Notes: generated by a model not told the origin, from the letters alone. 64,000 nucleotides of DNA from Eledone cirrhosa (GCA_964016885.1 OZ024740.1:364932001-364996000); one strand, 5' to 3'. Positions 24,207-37,890 are shown, numbered from the stretch's first letter. Made by a program: numbers and translations.

Positions 24207-24918
24207 CGATATCGATAAACATTTCTGAAATATTTATTTTTTCACCCCAAAAGGGGTGAAAATATATTTACCCTACGTCTATAGTCCCAGACTAGGGGTT
24301 AGAGTTAATGATACAAAAGAATTCAAAAAAATTCACTCACAAATATAGCAGGTAAAATTCCAAATCACAGAGCGATATGAAACACGTCTACTATCCTCGG
24401 ACAGACAGACAGACAGACAGACACACAGACATACAGACACACAAACAGTTTCCCATTGCAAATCCATTACTGTACATGTTGCAGGCCCCAGTAACAATGA
24501 ATATACAATCATTACAGAATAACAGTGAAGAAGTATGTAAAGCTTACTGAATGCTATTTAATTCTTTCTAAGACCAAACTGTCTGAAACTAACCCTGGTA
24601 CTACTATGCAAAACTGTTTATTTTAAAGAGCTTATCATCATCATCATCATCATCATTATCGTTTAACGTACATCTTCCACGCTAGAATGGGTTAGACAGG
24701 AGTTGTCCCAATTTGAGGCAAGGTTGGTTGGATGACCGTGTCTCGCTCATATAGGACTATCTGGCAGGTTTTCTATGGCTGGATGACCTTCCTAACACCA
24801 ACCACATTTACAGTGTGGACTGAGAACTTTTTACTGTGTTACCTACATGGCCACATTACAGCGTGGACTTATATTTATCTAAAAACTTTCTATCATAATT
24901 TTATGCATGAACCTCTTT

Positions 24919-25182
24919 TAACTCTTTTGATACCAAACTGTCTGAAACTAGCCCTGATTCTACTATGCAAAACTATTTATTTTAAAGTGCTTATACTTAT
25001 CTAAAAACCTTGCATCATAGTTTTATGTACGGATCTTTGCTAAAGTATACTCCAAGCATCAGCTTAATAATGAAAAAAATAATTATTTTACCAAATCCCT
25101 CCAAATTCTTGATAATTTTCAGAGTTATTTGAAAATCATCAGCAGTGTTTTTCATTTAAAAATATGGAAATGAAAGAGTTAA
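24919..25182. mobile_element. piggyBac-like MITE family; related copies at about 15392-15640 and 13207-13651
   Basis: Ends TTAA-CTCTTT...GAAAGAG-TTAA, with internal AAGCA(C/T)CAGCTTAATAATGA shared among copies. Confidence 0.5.
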
Positions 25183-26085
25183 TTATATACAAAAATATTT
25201 ACACCATCCACTGTTCGTTCAATACTTGAATTTTAGCTAATTTAAAAGTATTATGAAAAATCTTTGTGTTAAAACACAAAATTTACATTCTTTTCAGCTG
25301 TTTGACTTAAGAAGCATTAAGAAATGTTGAAATTTGAAATGAAGTCGTCCAAATGCAGGTGACCATAATAATAGTTGATCATTATAAATAATACTTGAGA
25401 AAATCGGAAAAAAAAAGTATCCCTGGATATGGAAAAAGATGAAAATAGAAGTATATATCTGTTCCCCTTTTTTATCCCCCAGAGACACTTTATCTGATTT
25501 TCTCAAATAATATTATAGTGATAAACTATTATTATGGTCACTTGCATTGAGAGAACTACATTTCAAATTGCTGTTTTCAGATGTTTTGAAAAAAAAAAAA
25601 AAAAAAAATTTTATAAGACATGGTATTTCTCTTGCTTCTAGTTATGTTGTTGTTGGATGCCCGTTGGTTCCAACAATGAGTGTTCCAGTTTTTTTAACAA
25701 TGAAACAGCCTGCTTATGATATTAACGTGTAAATAGCTGAGTATTCAACAGATGCATATATCTTTAACGTAGTTCTCAGGGAGATTCAGCATGACACAGT
25801 GGATAACAAGGCTAACCCTTTGAATTACAGGTACAACACATTTTTTCCAGTTGAGTAAACTGGAGTAACATGAAAATATAGAGTCTTGCTCAAGGACACA
25901 GCAATCTGCCAGGAATTGAACTCATCGTCTTACAAACATGAGCTGAGCATCCTAACCACTTAGCCACAGGCCTTCACTTTCCTAATCATATAATACTGGA
26001 AATGTTAGCCAGTCGTCTAACAAGGCACGCTTGTCTTTGAATCTATATGAAACACAATATAGGTACGAACATCCAATTAACTTAA

Positions 26086-26296
26086 CCCTTTAGCATTTAA
26101 ACTGGCCATATCCGGCCAGAATTCTATCACCTCTTTCTTTTCAAACTGGCTGTAACGGACCACTCCTACTTATGTTAAGGTATTGTTCTCAAAATAAATA
26201 ACATCAAAATCTTGTAGATTCGATATTGTGTGAGATAATTATGTAAGATAAAGCCTTTGTCACAAAAATACAATAGTAAATATAAATGCTAAAGGG
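26086..26296. mobile_element. piggyBac-like MITE
   Basis: Perfect 14-bp TIR CCCTTTAGCATTTA/TAAATGCTAAAGGG flanked by TTAA on both sides. Confidence 0.8.
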
Positions 26297-27777
26297 TTAA
26301 GTAACATTTGCAAAATTTGAAATGTAGCCATCCCAATGTAAATTACTATAATAATAGTTGGTCACTATAAATAATAGTCGAGTAAATTGGATTAAAGTAC
26401 CCATGGAGATGGAAAAAAAGGGGCAGAGTCACTTGCAAGTGACTGAACTCAGTATCTCTTGGATGATTACATTTTAACCCTCTTGGCGCTGTTGGTGGCA
26501 TAAGTTGCTGATAGAGTAATCTCCCTTTAATATATAATACAGTGTCAAGGGAAGCAATTCATTTAAAAAACCAGCCTCCTAAAGGTTAAATGATAATATA
26601 GGTGCATAGGAAGGAGGGTTGAAAAGTTTATAGGCTGACTATGAACAAATGATGCTAGAGCTGTGAAATCTTGTATGCATTAATTTCAACTCTTCTTATT
26701 AATTGTTTCTTTTCTGGGACTATGTTGAAAAATAAATCTCATTTGGTCATTTCATGAGAGTATCTTGGTTAGACTATGAACTTTTCAGCTGAACCTTATA
26801 GTTCTTTAAAGCTCCCACCAAAAGCTAGGAGCTTATTTGTTTGTTTGTTTGGCAACTCTACTCCCCCCTCCCATCTTTCATCCGTTAAATGTGTCTTGTC
26901 AGTGCATTTCGAAGCCTTTCTCACTTTCAGGAATTCTAAATATCATTTAAACATATGGATCTCATCAATCTGGTAAAAAATAACAATATAAACAAAATAA
27001 AAACAAAAAAAACAATGTGTTACGAAACTGTTTTGATTCATAAGTTTTTCTTTCTTTCTTCTTTTCTTTCTTTCTTTCTTTTTTCCTTTCTTCTTTTCTT
27101 TTTTTCTTTCTTCCTTTCTTTCTTTCTTTCTTTCTTTCCTTGTGTAATTCATTTATTCTACTTTATGTCTTTTTTTTTTTGGTGTATGGTAGTAATGGAA
27201 TGGTGGTGGAGAGGGAAGAATTTATTTTTCATAGGAGGAAGTGTTTGAAAAAACAAACGGAAAAAAACAAACAGAAAAAAAAAACCGAAATTTAAAGCAT
27301 GTTCTCCAAACTTTCTACTAGTCCTTAAATAAAACTGCAGCATTCTGACAGCAAAACAATTGCTCTCTAAATTCCATTAATACAGGCTCTTCAAGAACAC
27401 TTCATCACTTCTTATATTATATTCTTGTGCTGTTACTTAGGAATAAACACAGTCTAATAGTATGAGAGGAAAATGGTAAAAAAAAGATAAGTTAAGAAAT
27501 ATGAAATAGAAACAACGAATTTAAAAAAAAACAATGGATAAATAAATAAATAAACAATGCCTCTTTGTTTCCTATTTTCCTAATATTTTCCATATTTTTG
27601 AAATGGTTGATATAAAAATATAAAAATAAAAAACAGATTCAGACATACATAATGTTATTTTTGTTTGTTTTTGTTTTGTTTTTGTTGGAGTTTTAGTACC
27701 TGCTGTTTTTGGTTGCTTTTGTTTAATTTAAGCCTTTCCATTATTATCTTGAGTTTTCTCAATAGAGTTTTCTAATG

Positions 27778-27829
<52 letters not shown>

Positions 27830-27830
<1 letters not shown>

Positions 27831-29101
27831 GATACAAAAATTCGAAAATTCTTAACCATGCACAGAATGCATCACCCTAAGGCAGATACAGATAGAATAT
27901 ATCTCCCTAGGAAAGAAGGAGGACGTGGGTTAATCCAGTTAGACATTGCGTTGAAAACTGCAACAATTGGATTATCTACATATCTAAGGGAATCACATGA
28001 TTGGAAGATCAAACTCGTTTTGTAACACGAAAGCATCAAAAGATCATGCTCCATTACAAAAGATGCACAAAGATACAGTAATGGACTACACATTTCAGAA
28101 GTCCCATTTACTGCTGAAATGAAAAACACAGAAAAAGCAAAGCAGGTAAAAGTAACTGCAAAGAAAGGACTGCTACAGAAACTGGCTAAGAAATGGCAAG
28201 AAAAGCCTCTGTATGGAAAATACCCAGAACGAGCTAACAATCCTGATGTTGACAAAACTTTAACCCATCAGTGGTTGGCATCCTCTGGACTGAAATCAGA
28301 GACTGAAGGACTGATTATATCAGCACAAGATCAGTGTCTGCCAACAAAAAATTACCAAGCCGACATAATAAAAAATGGATGCAGCCCATTATGCCGTGTA
28401 TGTAAAAAACAACCAGAGACCATTGACCATATAATTTCAATGTGCAGTCCTATAGCTCCAACCGAATACCTAAACAGGCATGACAGAGCTGCACAATACA
28501 TACATTCGATAATGTGTAAGCATTTTGACCTGCCCCATCAAAAGAATTGGTGAGAGCATCAACCACCTCCCATACTTGAAAAAGATCACATCTCAATCTT
28601 GTGGAACTTTAGCATCCAAACAGACCGAAAAATAGATGCAAATAGACCTGATATAATACTTAAGGATTTAAAAAGAGGGTATGCCTGCTAATTGATATGT
28701 CTGTTCCAATAGACAAGAATGTATCTATAAAAACATTTGAAAAATTGAGCAAGTATAAGGACCTGGAGATAGAAATTGGAAAAATGTGGAAATTGAGAAC
28801 TAAAACAATACCAGTGGTTGTAGGCACTCTAGGAATGATATCTAAGGGGTCTCATGATTACTTATCGCAAATCCCAGGAAACCCACGTATAGGAGAAATA
28901 CAAAAGATAGTACTAATGGGAACTGCCCATATACTAAGGAAGATTCTGACAATATAAGTACATCACAAGTTTAAACACCTAAAGATGCATGTGTGAGTAT
29001 GTATGTTCTTTCTTGAACATGGCGGACCTTGTTGTCTCTTGAGGTCACTGGTTGTGACTTGGTGATAACTCGTATGAACATAAAGCAAGATAAATGCAGC
29101 T
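27830..29101 (+). mobile_element. 5'-truncated R4/Dong-type LINE (restriction-like endonuclease) inserted in (TAA)n
   Basis: AQDQCLPT, CRVC...ETIDHIISMC, RHD, TDRKIDANRPDI, IDMSVP, EKLSKY and PVVVGTLG motifs, with stops and a frameshift. (AAT)n at 27779-27829 and 29102-29165 is consistent with the known TAA targeting of Dong. Confidence 0.85.
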
Positions 29102-30030
29102 GTAATAATAATAATAATAATAACGATAATAATAATAAAAATAATAACAATAATAATAATAATAATGAAAAATTAAATTATGCCCACCAGTATATAGTTG
29201 TGTTGAACAGGTTATATTACAAGCCCCCAAATAACTTGAGCTTCTTCTATTAGGAACATTATTAAATTAAGAAAAAACAAAAGATAAAAAAAAAAAATGC
29301 AGCTAGGTTTCTTCATCATTTAGTGACAAATAGTTCTATATTATTAACATCATCCTTTTCATTTTTATCATTATTGTATATCTACTTTCTATGCTGGCAT
29401 GGGTTTAATGGGCTGTCATAATTCAAGACCAGATGAATCAGAGTAACCTCATCTTATTCATACATTCCATAGTTGGTTTGGTTTTTATGGCTGGTTGTCC
29501 TTCTGTACTGGGTGCATTTTATCATGGCATCAGCACTACCACTTTACAGGGTTTACTGGTTGCATTTTAACATGGAACTAACACTCTATAGATTGTACTG
29601 GGTGCATTTTATTATGGCATCAGTATTACCACTTTGTGGGGGTGTACTAGGTGCATTTCATCACGGCACCAGCATTAGATAGGTTTTCATATATTCAACC
29701 AGACTAAAGATTCCTCTCAAACCCTATATTTCTTATGTTGGTACAGGACATGGGACTTCTTGAGAAAGAGTATAGCTGAGTGAATCCCTCTTCATTAAGA
29801 CACACCTGTCACTTATTTAACTTTAGACATCATCTACACCCCCATTCTCCTCCCAAAGAAAAAGAATGTAAGGTAAATTAAGTTACAGTAGGATTTGAAC
29901 TCAAAATTCAAAGGAACAATATAAAATATTGCTGTGTATTTTGGTGTTGTGTTAATCCCAGTTTTTATGTTCATTATGTTTGAATATTGCAGTTTTCTTG
30001 TGTCCCACATTGTCTGCAGTAATTGGTGCA

Positions 30031-30065
<35 letters not shown>

Positions 30066-30183
30066 TTTATGTATGCTTTCCATGCTGGAAGGGTTGTCAC
30101 AGTCTGAATTTTACTGGATGTGGCGAACCCATTTTCACTTTATGTTCTTTATTTAGCATGGCTCCTCTAGCTAGATGTCCTTA

Positions 30184-30386
30184 ACACCAACTAACTTACA
30201 GAGTGTACTGAGTGCATTGCAGTGTGGCATCAACACTAACATTTTACAGAGTGTACTGAGTGCATTGCAGTGTGGCATCAACACTAACATTTTACAGAGT
30301 GTACTGAGTGCATTGCAGTGTGGCATCAACACTAACATTTTACAGAGTGTACTGAGTGCATTGCAGTGTGGCATCAACACTAACAA
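30184..30386. repeat. 48-bp minisatellite (about 4 copies) inside a SINE remnant
   Basis: Unit CAACACTAACATTTTACAGAGTGTACTGAGTGCATTGCAGTGTGGCAT. Confidence 0.9.
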
Positions 30387-30789
30387 TTTGCATGGTGTAC
30401 TGGGTGTATTTTATCATGGCACTAGTACTAGAAAGGTTGTTATGTGTTCAACAAGACTAAAAATTCCTCATAAACCTTGTATTTATAATGTTTATTGGAA
30501 TGGACCTCCATCAGTTTTGGCAATGAGTGTTTCCATTGTTCAGTTAATAGTACAGTCTGCCATGAAATTCCACAGATACGTGTACCCTTAACGTAATTCT
30601 CAGGGAAATTCAGCATGACACAATGTGTGTGACATGGCTGGTCTTTTGAATTACAGGCACAGTCATCTCAACAGGCTTCCAAACAGTTTCCATCAGCCCA
30701 ACTTCATATGGTACCTGGCAAATCCAAATCTATATATCTATGTACATATATACATAACTACATACATATATACATAACTATATATATAT

Positions 30790-31270
30790 ACGAAAGGACG
30801 GTTATATGATGCCTGTGTGAGATGCGCGATGCTGCATGATAGTGAGACATGGGCAGCAACTGCAGATGATATGCGACGGCTGGAGAGAAATGAAGCAAGT
30901 ATGCTCCGTTGGATGTGCAATGTCAATGTGCGTGAACGACCAAGCATAGATGAGTTGAGAAAGAAACTGGGTATAAGAGGGATAAGTTGTAGTGTGCAGG
31001 AGAGAAGGGTGAGATGGTATGGACATGTGATGCGCATGGAGGATGACCGCTGGGTAAAGAAGTGCCAAGAAATACCAGTAGAAGGAAGACGCAGTAGAGG
31101 TAGACTATGAAAAACATGGGCGGAGGTGGTGAGAGCAGACCTCAGATCACTGAAACTCCCCGAGGAGATGACGAAGGACCGTGACAAGTGGAGAGATGCT
31201 GTGCTGAATAGGACCCGCCCAACCCTTGCAAGCAGGGAAAAGCAGACGTATGATGATGATGATGATGATA
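30790..31270 (+). mobile_element. RTE-clade LINE 3' end fragment
   Basis: SETWA...LERNEASMLRWMC...VRWYGHVMRM...GRRSRGR, then a 3' tail with (GAT)n. Confidence 0.8.
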
Positions 31271-31281
31271 TATATATATAT

Positions 31282-31346
<65 letters not shown>

Positions 31347-31819
31347 CACACACACACACACAATATACATGCATATTTACTCACACATACATATAAACAC
31401 AAAAATATATATATTCATAAATATATATATATATTTATGATGATCACCAAACGAACAAGAGTCAGTGAGGAAAATTTTAAAAACTTGTCTGCTAAGTTTT
31501 GTGAAATGGGTTGATCTGAGGCTTGATGGGTTGATCAAAATGCCACATAGTGGGATCAAACCTGTGTCCTAGTTGTTGTGAAATGAACTTCTTAACCATT
31601 CAGTCATGCTGCACCCATATATTCCTTAATACTATTTTAAACAGTCACATGGAATAATTTCTCTTAAAATTAGCCCTAACATTCCATATAGCCTAGTCTG
31701 CTTACCAAATGTGGCCCACTTGGCACCTTGCTCTCATCATTGTGTTGCCCAAAAGTAACTCATCACTACTTCAAGATGGCTTCTTTCAACTAGGAGAGAA
31801 GAAGCTTGTTTCATTCATT

Positions 31820-32058
31820 CCAGTGCTGGATTTACCTATAAGCTAGATAAGCTATATCTTAGGGCCACACCCCCTCAGGGCCTCATCTTTTAAAATATAT
31901 TTTTAACACTAAATCATCAAAAATTATATATATATATTACTTATTATTTATCGTTAACATTAATATAAAAAATAATGATTATATTTTTTATATTTTTTTA
32001 GAGAAAGGCCTCACATTTCATATAGCTTAGTGCTTTAGTAGGTGAAAATCCAGACCTG
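31820..32058. mobile_element. Putative hAT-like MITE
   Basis: Imperfect TIR CAGTGCTGGATTTACCTA...TAGGTGAAAATCCAGACCTG; a related end GTAAATCCAGCACTG occurs at about 12613-12627. Confidence 0.45.
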
Positions 32059-32381
32059 ATTTATTCTAACTTTCAGCGTTTCAGTTATTCGATCAATGGA
32101 GGATCCTTCTTGTAAAATTAAAATGCAAATGGTTGGGCATTCCACAGACATGTGTACCCTTACTGTAATTATCAGGTAGATAGCTGACCTTGTGCAATTG
32201 CACCTATCAAAGACATTGATACAGGATCAAGATCTTTGGCATTATACAGTAATACAGAAGACACACCTTCACATGCACACAGACACAAACATACATCTAG
32301 TAGGCACCTCTTAACCACTATACCTCCACCCACTTCTGTCCACACCACCCTCAGATTGTAAACAAAATGCATCCAACCTAG

Positions 32382-32720
32382 ACTGTAAAGTAGTTGTGTG
32401 GGTGTCATGGCAAAAAGCACCCAGCCCACACTGTAAAGTGGTCATGTAGGTGTCATGACAAAAAGCACCCAGCCCACACTGTAAAGTGGTCATGTAGGTG
32501 TCATGACAAAAAGCACCCAGCCCACACTGTAAAGTGGTCATGTAGGTGTCATGACAAAAAGCACCCAGCCCACACTGTAAAGTGGTCATGTAGGTGTCAT
32601 GACAAAAAGCACCCAGCCCACACTGCAAAGTGGTCATGTAGGTGTCATGACAAAAAGCACCCAGCTCACACTAAAGTGGTTGTGAAGGTGTCATGACAAA
32701 AAGCACCCAGTACTCACTCT
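32382..32720 (+). repeat. 48-bp minisatellite (about 6.5 copies) within a family A SINE 3' half
   Basis: Unit AAAAAGCACCCAGCCCACACTGTAAAGTGGTCATGTAGGTGTCATGAC; continues into a SINE tail ending (ATG)n at about 32885. Confidence 0.92.
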
Positions 32721-33094
32721 AAATGTGGTTGACATTAGAAAGGGCATCCAGTTGTAGAAACCAAACCCAAAACAGTTCTATATAAGCAAGACACAGTAAC
32801 CTGACCCAACTTGCCTCTAATAGGACAGCCCATCTAACCCATGCTAGCGTGGAAAATGGATGTTAAATGATAATGATGATGATGATTCAGCATGACATTG
32901 TATGACAAGACTGAGCTTTTGAATTATAGGTGTAGTCGATCTTGTGTTATAGTGTAAGTGGTAGGGCATTCCACAGGTACACATACCTTATATAATATTT
33001 GAGTCAATAAAGGAACTTCTAACAGGTCATTTGATCTGTTTGAAATAGCAGCCAAATTTCCTTACAATCTTAAAAAATGGAAGGACACATAAAA

Positions 33095-33270
33095 TAATTG
33101 TTTCTACTTTAGGCACAAGGCCAGCATTACTGGTACTTTATTTTATCGACCCCGTAAGGATGAAAGGCAAAGTCAACCTCGGCGGGATTTGAACTCAGAT
33201 CGTAAAGGGACGTAACTATGCTAGAAAGCATGGCGTCCGACCCTCTACCGATACTGCCAATCCACCGCCC
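33095..33270 (-). mobile_element. tRNA-headed SINE, family B; other copies at about 54095-54310, 54320-54505, 59457-59543 and 12710-12870
   Basis: The minus strand has TGGATTGGCAGTATCGGTAGAG (A-box-like) ... GAGTTCAAATCC (B box) ... ACTTTGCCTTTCATCC...GTCGATAAAATAAAGTACCAGT. Confidence 0.75.
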
Positions 33271-34504
33271 AGGACACATAAAATAATGATTTTATGAAAA
33301 AATATAGGATATGACCATGAGTAGAATTCCTTTGATAATAGCTCTCCTGCTTATTTCAAGCCAGCCTGGTGGTACAAAACAACTATTTATTATAAACAGT
33401 GACTCATCTAGTCTTGTACTGACTACCTGTCCAACCCATGCCAGCATGGAAAGTGGATGTAAAATGATGATGAGAATGATGATGATGATGATGCTGATGA
33501 ATAAGGTGTGTAGAGAATAAGTTCACCATTTTGTGAAAAACTATTTTGTCTAATATATGAGTTTATATGAGAGAATTTCTGCTGGGTCTGATCTATTAGA
33601 AATAACAACCACATTTCCCTTAAATCATACCTCATCATCTTAAAAATATAAGGTCACACTCGATAATATTGTCTGGAAAAAAAGGAGAGTATGATCATGT
33701 GTGGAATGCTTTTAATAATAGGTCTCCTGCTTGTTCAGAGCCAACCTGGGGATAAACAACTACAATATCTAACATGAACAGTGACTCTAATCTGTTTAGA
33801 GCAAGTTAATAATCTAGATACATAAACTGAAAACAGCATTGAATGAAAAATTCCATTATCAAAAGTAGCCAAATCAATAAACTACCATTAACCATAAATT
33901 TGTTTTCCAATGCACAAGCTCTCTCTCTCAATATATATATCAAGGAATGAAAAGATATGTCATCTCAATGAAATCGGCTCCTTCACAAGAAAATCTTAAA
34001 TCATTTTGGTCTAAGATATGACATGAAAAGAAGGATTCCAAACATTATGTATTAAAGGTGGAATACAATCAGAAATGAATACTTGTACCAACATTAGAAT
34101 CAAATCATACACTGTACTGTCAACTTTGAAGAGTTTACTAAAGCTGTGAAAAAAAAAAAAAAATGCATAATTGAAAGGCATCAGGAAGAAAATTAATAGT
34201 GGAATATTTGTGTGAGATGTTGACACTACACAGAAGGCCACTCAGTTTTATATTTATAGTATCTATGGCTGTAGAAATTGACATAACACACTAGCTTGCT
34301 ATATAGCAAGGACAATAATAAAAATACATACTTGGCAATAAACTGTTGGTTGATTGCTTGCTGAACTCTTTCATGGCCATATTTCTACTGAAATATACTG
34401 TATCTCAATTAATTAATTCATAACAAGCATCCTGGAACACATGATGAAAGAAAATACACTGTAGATAAGTGTATAGTAGAAATATAGTTCTTTATAGAAT
34501 TGTG

Positions 34505-35540
34505 GGAGGATGAGAGAGATACTTCTAGCCTACGGCTTGCCAAAGGAAACAGTAAATGCCATCATGATGTTATATAAAAACACCCGCGCAATGGTGAGCT
34601 CACCTGATGGAGATACCAACTTCTTTGACATCATTGCAGGAGTACTCCAATATTGCACCATATATTTTTATCATCTGCCTCGACTATGTATTGAGAAAAG
34701 CCCTGGACGAAAACTTAGAGCTTGGTTTCACTCTCACAAAGCGAAAGTGTAGACGCCATGCAGCTCAGAAAATCACCGATGCTGACTATGCGGATGATAT
34801 AGCGGTCCTCGCTGACTACCTTAAGGATGCAACATCACTACTTCACAGCATCGAATCAGTTACAAAGGAAATCGGACTCGATGTCAACGCAGGCAAAACA
34901 GAATATATTTGCCTGAATCAAGACTCCTCAGTTGGTATGCGAAGTCTAAACGGCGATATAATCAAGCAAGTTGGCAACTTCAAATACTTGGGTAGCTATA
35001 TCGCCTCTACAGAACATGATGTTAACATCAGACTGGGAAAAGCCTGGGGAGCACTGAATGCAATGGAAAAGATATGGAAATCAAACCTGCCGGCCAAACT
35101 GAAAAGGAATTTCTTCAGAGCTGCTGTGGAATCTGTGCTTGTTTATGGCTCTATCACTTGGACGCTAACGTCAAAACTGGAGAAAAAGCTAGATGGGGCA
35201 TACACACGTATGCTCCGCGCTGCTTTAAGCATGTCTTAGAGGGAACACCCAACAAATAAGGATCTCTATGGCAATATACCACCTATCAGCAGGTCAATAC
35301 GTGGACAGAGACTCAGATTTGCTGGCCACTGTTGGCGCAGCAAGGAAGAAATAGCAGGTGATGTGTTGTTATGGAGTCTATCTCATGGAGCAAGAAACGC
35401 TGGTCATCCCAAGAAGACATACGTCAAGCAACTTGAGGACGATACTGGATGCACTGCGGAAGAACTGGCAAACGCTATGAGAGACAGAGATGGATGGAGG
35501 AAACGTGTCGTAGAAAGCCGAGCAAGCTCGACCTGATGAT
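34505..35540 (+). pseudogene. 5'-truncated RTE-like LINE reverse transcriptase fragment
   Basis: GVLQ..IAPYIFII, DYADDI, NAGKTEY, FKYLGS, YGSITW and LRFAGHC motifs; one frameshift and a stop; ends TGATGAT. Confidence 0.85.
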
Positions 35541-36524
35541 AGAATTGTATTTTAAAAAAAATAGTGATAGAAAATATTTTATAAGATGAACTAAAACACA
35601 ATCTTGCAGTGGAATTGTGAGTGAAAGGTTCCAGATGTGTGACAAAAGATTTTGACATGCCAAGAATTAAACAAAAAAGGCAATGTATGTTCTTAAATGT
35701 CTAAAATAATTTCCCCATGAAATAATTGATTAGTTGCAACACAAAGACCCAAGTCACTTGCCAATCATATGCTACTCACACACACACACACATATATATA
35801 TCATTATAATAAAACACATGATTATGTGACAGCCACTATGTGACAGATTTTTTGGGGAAAGTGATAATGTGAGTATGCGTGTACTTTAATATTCTTCTCC
35901 CTACTCTTTTCTCTCCCTCTCTCTTTCTTGTATTGACAAGCCATATCTACCATTATCGTGAGAGCAAATGCCATATCTGGATATGGCATGCAAGTGTCAC
36001 AACAAAAAGCACCCAGCCGATACTGTAAAGTGATCATGTAGGTGTCACAACAAAAATAACCCAGCAACACTGTAAATGCAGTTGGCATTAGGAAGGGCAT
36101 GCAGCTGTAGAAACCAGGCCAGAAACAGTTCTGTATGAGCAAGACACAGTCTTCTGTCCCAACTTGCCTCAAATGGGATAACCCGTCTGACCCATACTAG
36201 TTTGGAAAACATGTTAAATGATGATGATGATGATAATGACGTCAGGTCTCTCCCTGTGTTGCTGAGATAGCTGTGATATTTTCACAAATTATTATAAAAT
36301 CTCATAGTGAAACTAATAGGAGGCTTATTATACATAAACATATTGTATATGCTTCCATGCTATGTCAATGCTACTACGACTGCTTATCTATATTTATATC
36401 TATCTATCTATTTATATGTATAGCACAACTAGAAAGCAACTATATGAATATATACACATACATAATTATAAATATATGAACTAACTATCTACCAATATCT
36501 GACTTCTGTTTTTATTGTTCTATG

Positions 36525-36657
<133 letters not shown>

Positions 36658-36791
36658 ATTTATATACACATATCAATAGAGTTAACTAAAGAGAATTAAA
36701 GTTGCCAATCAATAATATATTTAAGCTCAATGTGTTATGTCATTATAGATAGAAATATAGAAGAGATATCATTTAAAGATAGAAGAAAATG

Positions 36792-36831
<40 letters not shown>

Positions 36832-37445
36832 CATGTATATATATATATATATGTATACACACATATATATATATGTATGTATGTATATATATATATATTT
36901 ATATATATTTATATATATATATATATATATATATAAACAAAACACAGAGCATACACAACAAATTCAGATGATAGAAAATAGATTCCTTAAAATATTTATT
37001 ACCTTACAGTTATTTCAAATACTACTAATGACAGGACAATATAATTTTATTTTACTATATTGTCCTAGTATTAGTAAGATTTGACTGGTGTATTGAAACA
37101 ATTGTAAGATAATAAATGTTTGGGGATATCTATTCCATTATCTGAATTTGTTATATATATATATAATAAAGTTACGTTCTCAAGGCAATCCAAACTAAAA
37201 TGACAAGGGAATGGACAAAGATGTTGTTTTTTGTCATTCCTATGTGGAAAAAGTACATAGAGTGCTTGAATTGAATTGTATCAATGTTTACCATAAGTAT
37301 ATATATATACTTGGATTGCCTTTGAGAACGTAACCTTATTATGTAATCAAGCTGTCTGATGAGATCATGGCACTGGTTGCATGGAATCATGTGGCCACTT
37401 TAACATCTGCAACTATTTCACATTTTCTTATTCTATATATATGTA

Positions 37446-37477
<32 letters not shown>

Positions 37478-37479
<2 letters not shown>

Positions 37480-37887
37480 GTGAAAGAGTGAAGAATAACA
37501 TGGTCAACAGTACAAAAAGGGTTTTATTTACAGTATTAACAATTGTTTCATTGATTAGGGTGTCTAAAAATTGCTAATCACTTGAAGTTGTGTAACTCAA
37601 TTATTCCGATGATTTGATTAGGCATACATTGTATTTAAAATTGAGTGACACAGCTTCAAGTGATTAGCAACTTTTAGACACCGTAATCAATGAAACAATT
37701 GTTAATAGTGTAAATAAAACCCTTTTTGTACTGTTGACCATGTTATTCTTCACTCTTTCACTATTATTACTCCAAGATTAACCTGCATAGGAATTCTCGA
37801 GAACTCGCAACCTAACTAAGGAAACCTCTTGTTGAGTCAAACAACGCCGTACGTTAAAACTATCCACAATACGGAGTATTTGTTATC

Positions 37888-37890
<3 letters not shown>
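37478..37890 (+). mobile_element. Short PLE-type fold-back element in (TA)n with a degenerate long-stem-II hammerhead (37601-37708)
   Basis: 37478-37602 is the reverse complement of about 37639-37763. Core: TTATT-CCGATGA-T-TTGATTAGG...CCGTAATCAA-T-GAAA-CAATTG-TT-AATAG, with U4 changed to C. Confidence 0.65.

Larger units (their letters stand above)
18783..24400 (-). mobile_element. Full-length Tx1/L1-clade LINE (sister subfamily) with frameshifted ORF2
   Basis: Same architecture and 3' end (CCCTAGTGGCAAATAAA) as 4019-9744; both flanks are (CAGA)n/CAGACATA repeats. Confidence 0.92.

Noticed and set aside
32382-32720. CRISPR-like appearance of the regular arrays (also 30184-30386 and 52893-53340)
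   Set aside because: They are head-to-tail repeats without unique spacers, in a eukaryotic context with no cas genes.
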